From Mobula hypostoma (lineage: Eukaryota): a stretch of DNA of 64,000 nucleotides. The notes under the pieces are model-generated. The model saw only the letters and a program-made list of their open reading frames with translations. It was not told where the DNA came from and ran no database searches. The DNA lies in NCBI RefSeq assembly GCF_963921235.1, contig NC_086097.1:67580001-67644000 (forward strand), in the 5' to 3' direction. The translations under genes were made by a program, and so were the position numbers. The stretch's first letter is position 1. The number at the start of each line of letters is the position of its first letter. This document shows positions 62,361-64,000 of the stretch, piece after piece.

Positions 62361-63792
62361 AAAAGCAGTAATCTGCTGGCGGGACTCAGTAGGTTAAGCA
62401 AAATCTGTGGGAGGAAAAAAATTGTCAATGCTTCATGGCAAAATCTTACATCAGGACCTTGTATCGCATGACTTATTAAAATACATTTCTATAGTTTTAT
62501 TTAAATCATTCAATTTAGATCCTATTCTAGTAATATTTAGTATTAAATGTGCACATAAATGCTTTAGATATTCTTGATATGTTTCAAACTGTATTGGACT
62601 ATTTCCTATATGGTAAATTTAGTTTTATCATCAGAATACTGAGAAATATCTTTAACTACTGTAGTAAATTGTAACTAGTGTATTATTGGTTAATGTGTTT
62701 TCAACAACATTTAGAATATGGACGTTATTCTAATTACAACTCAAGTTTAGTGATAATTGGAATAAACTTATCTATCAATTACTTGGCACAATCCCATTTA
62801 TGGCATGTGTTCACCCACATTTTCTAAAAGTTGCACAAGTTCTTTAACTTTCCTTGACGACACAGTAGCCTACCAACTCAGAACCTTCCCATTCCTCTCC
62901 TTATCTCCTTGCAACCCATTTGCTCTCAATGCCCATTCACTCCCCCGATTCTCCAACAATCCACTAACTAGGATATTTAATAGTGGCCAATTAACCAACG
63001 AGCACATCCCTGGGTACAGAATAAACGGAGGCAGACGGAAGAAACCAAGAGAGGCTCTGGGAGAATATGCAATGTAGACACCGTCCGAGGTGTCTCTGCC
63101 TGTTGCATCACAGTGTCACCTGTAATCAATTTTCTCAGGTAGATATTTTACTGGGCTAGCTATGGTTTCCTGCCTTTGAATTGCAAAGGTAAGAGTTTTA
63201 TTCCCACTCTATAGATTTTAGTTGGGTAGTTCTTTTTTGCAAATCTGAGGGAGTTATGGCACTATTCGAGATGCAGCCTTTCAGATGAGATGTTAAAATA
63301 AGGCTACATTTACCTGTTATTTCAAAAATAAGTATTTCACTAGCCACTAAACTGTTCAGATTATTTAAAAGGTGCTTTAGAAATGCAAACTTTTTGAAAT
63401 GCATTGTGGGCTTTGCCTTTGGTTGCATATGAACATGTCATATGGTTTGGGCGCAAACCTTCTAAAATTAATAATCCTGCACACTCTATTAAATCTACAC
63501 CCACTCTCTACAATTTGATTATGGAGAACATTTTGTGGATAATGAAAAACAGGTGGGAGTAACAATAATCAGTACATTTGCAGAACATTTAGTTCTGCTT
63601 TTATCAACAAGATCAATTATTATGTACCATAAGTTGGCTAGCTCTCTCTGTAACAGCCGTCCCATCCAAAATAGGAAACCAAAAATGCTCCCATATCCCC
63701 AGCTATAGAATTAAGTGTTAAAGAGAGCATCAGCTCACCTTCACTGACTTTAAAATGAATGTTTGGCATGTATTGAATGCAACACACTGCAG

Positions 63793-64000
63793 TTTTTTTT
63801 AATTTTTTAATTTCAAAATATACTTTATTCAAAATAAATATATACAATAAACCATTCGATAACTTTTCATCCTTTACATACGTTTCCATTATACTCAGTA
63901 CATATCCGTATTTATAGCCACCCACGTGGCACTCCAGTTGTCCACCTTACCATATCATTGTTGAGGGGTATACTCCCCGCCCTCCGATCCCTCCCACTCC
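63793..64000 (-). mobile_element. Poly(A)-tailed LINE (L1/Tx1-like) 3' end running off the window
   Basis: T-rich tract at 63793 followed by tttatt (minus-strand AATAAA) near 63823. Confidence 0.55.

Larger units (their letters stand above)
57889..63654 (+). repeat. Local duplication of a roughly 850-bp block (57889-58750 plus 59877-59912, versus 62808-63654)
   Basis: Colinear from tgttcaccca to agttggctagctctctctgtaac; the first copy is interrupted by a Penelope insertion. Confidence 0.92.

Noticed and set aside
1-64000. Prokaryotic-style systems (CRISPR arrays, operons, defence islands)
   Set aside because: Spliced vertebrate gene in TE-rich DNA; no regularly spaced repeat-spacer array or gene-dense region seen.

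Overview
Vertebrate genomic DNA, not prokaryotic. The repeat families suggest a cartilaginous fish, probably a ray (inference). The only host gene is the 3' end of NPAS3 (bHLH-PAS transcription factor) on the minus strand: three coding exons (54358-54211, 42283-42168, 38501-37192) with canonical, phase-compatible GT-AG junctions, then a repeat-poor putative 3' UTR. The rest is intronic or downstream sequence full of transposable elements: two decayed Mag-like Gypsy copies, one young near-complete Gypsy (45252-49675), many Penelope-like fragments with minimal hammerhead motifs, CR1 and Rex/Babar LINEs, tRNA-derived SINEs, and hAT, Tc1, Tigger and CACTG-ended DNA elements. Most interesting: (1) the young Gypsy has no tRNA-type primer-binding site; the sequence after its 5' LTR is complementary to its own LTR poly(A)-signal region, suggesting self-priming or poly(A) occlusion, and its RT motif is YLDN; (2) an intact minimal hammerhead lies in sense orientation in the last NPAS3 intron; (3) two locally templated duplications sit in NPAS3 introns, one inverted next to a splice acceptor; (4) a CACTG-ended, 3-bp-TSD DNA element is nested in a Gypsy gag. 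Family names come from remembered motifs, not database searches.
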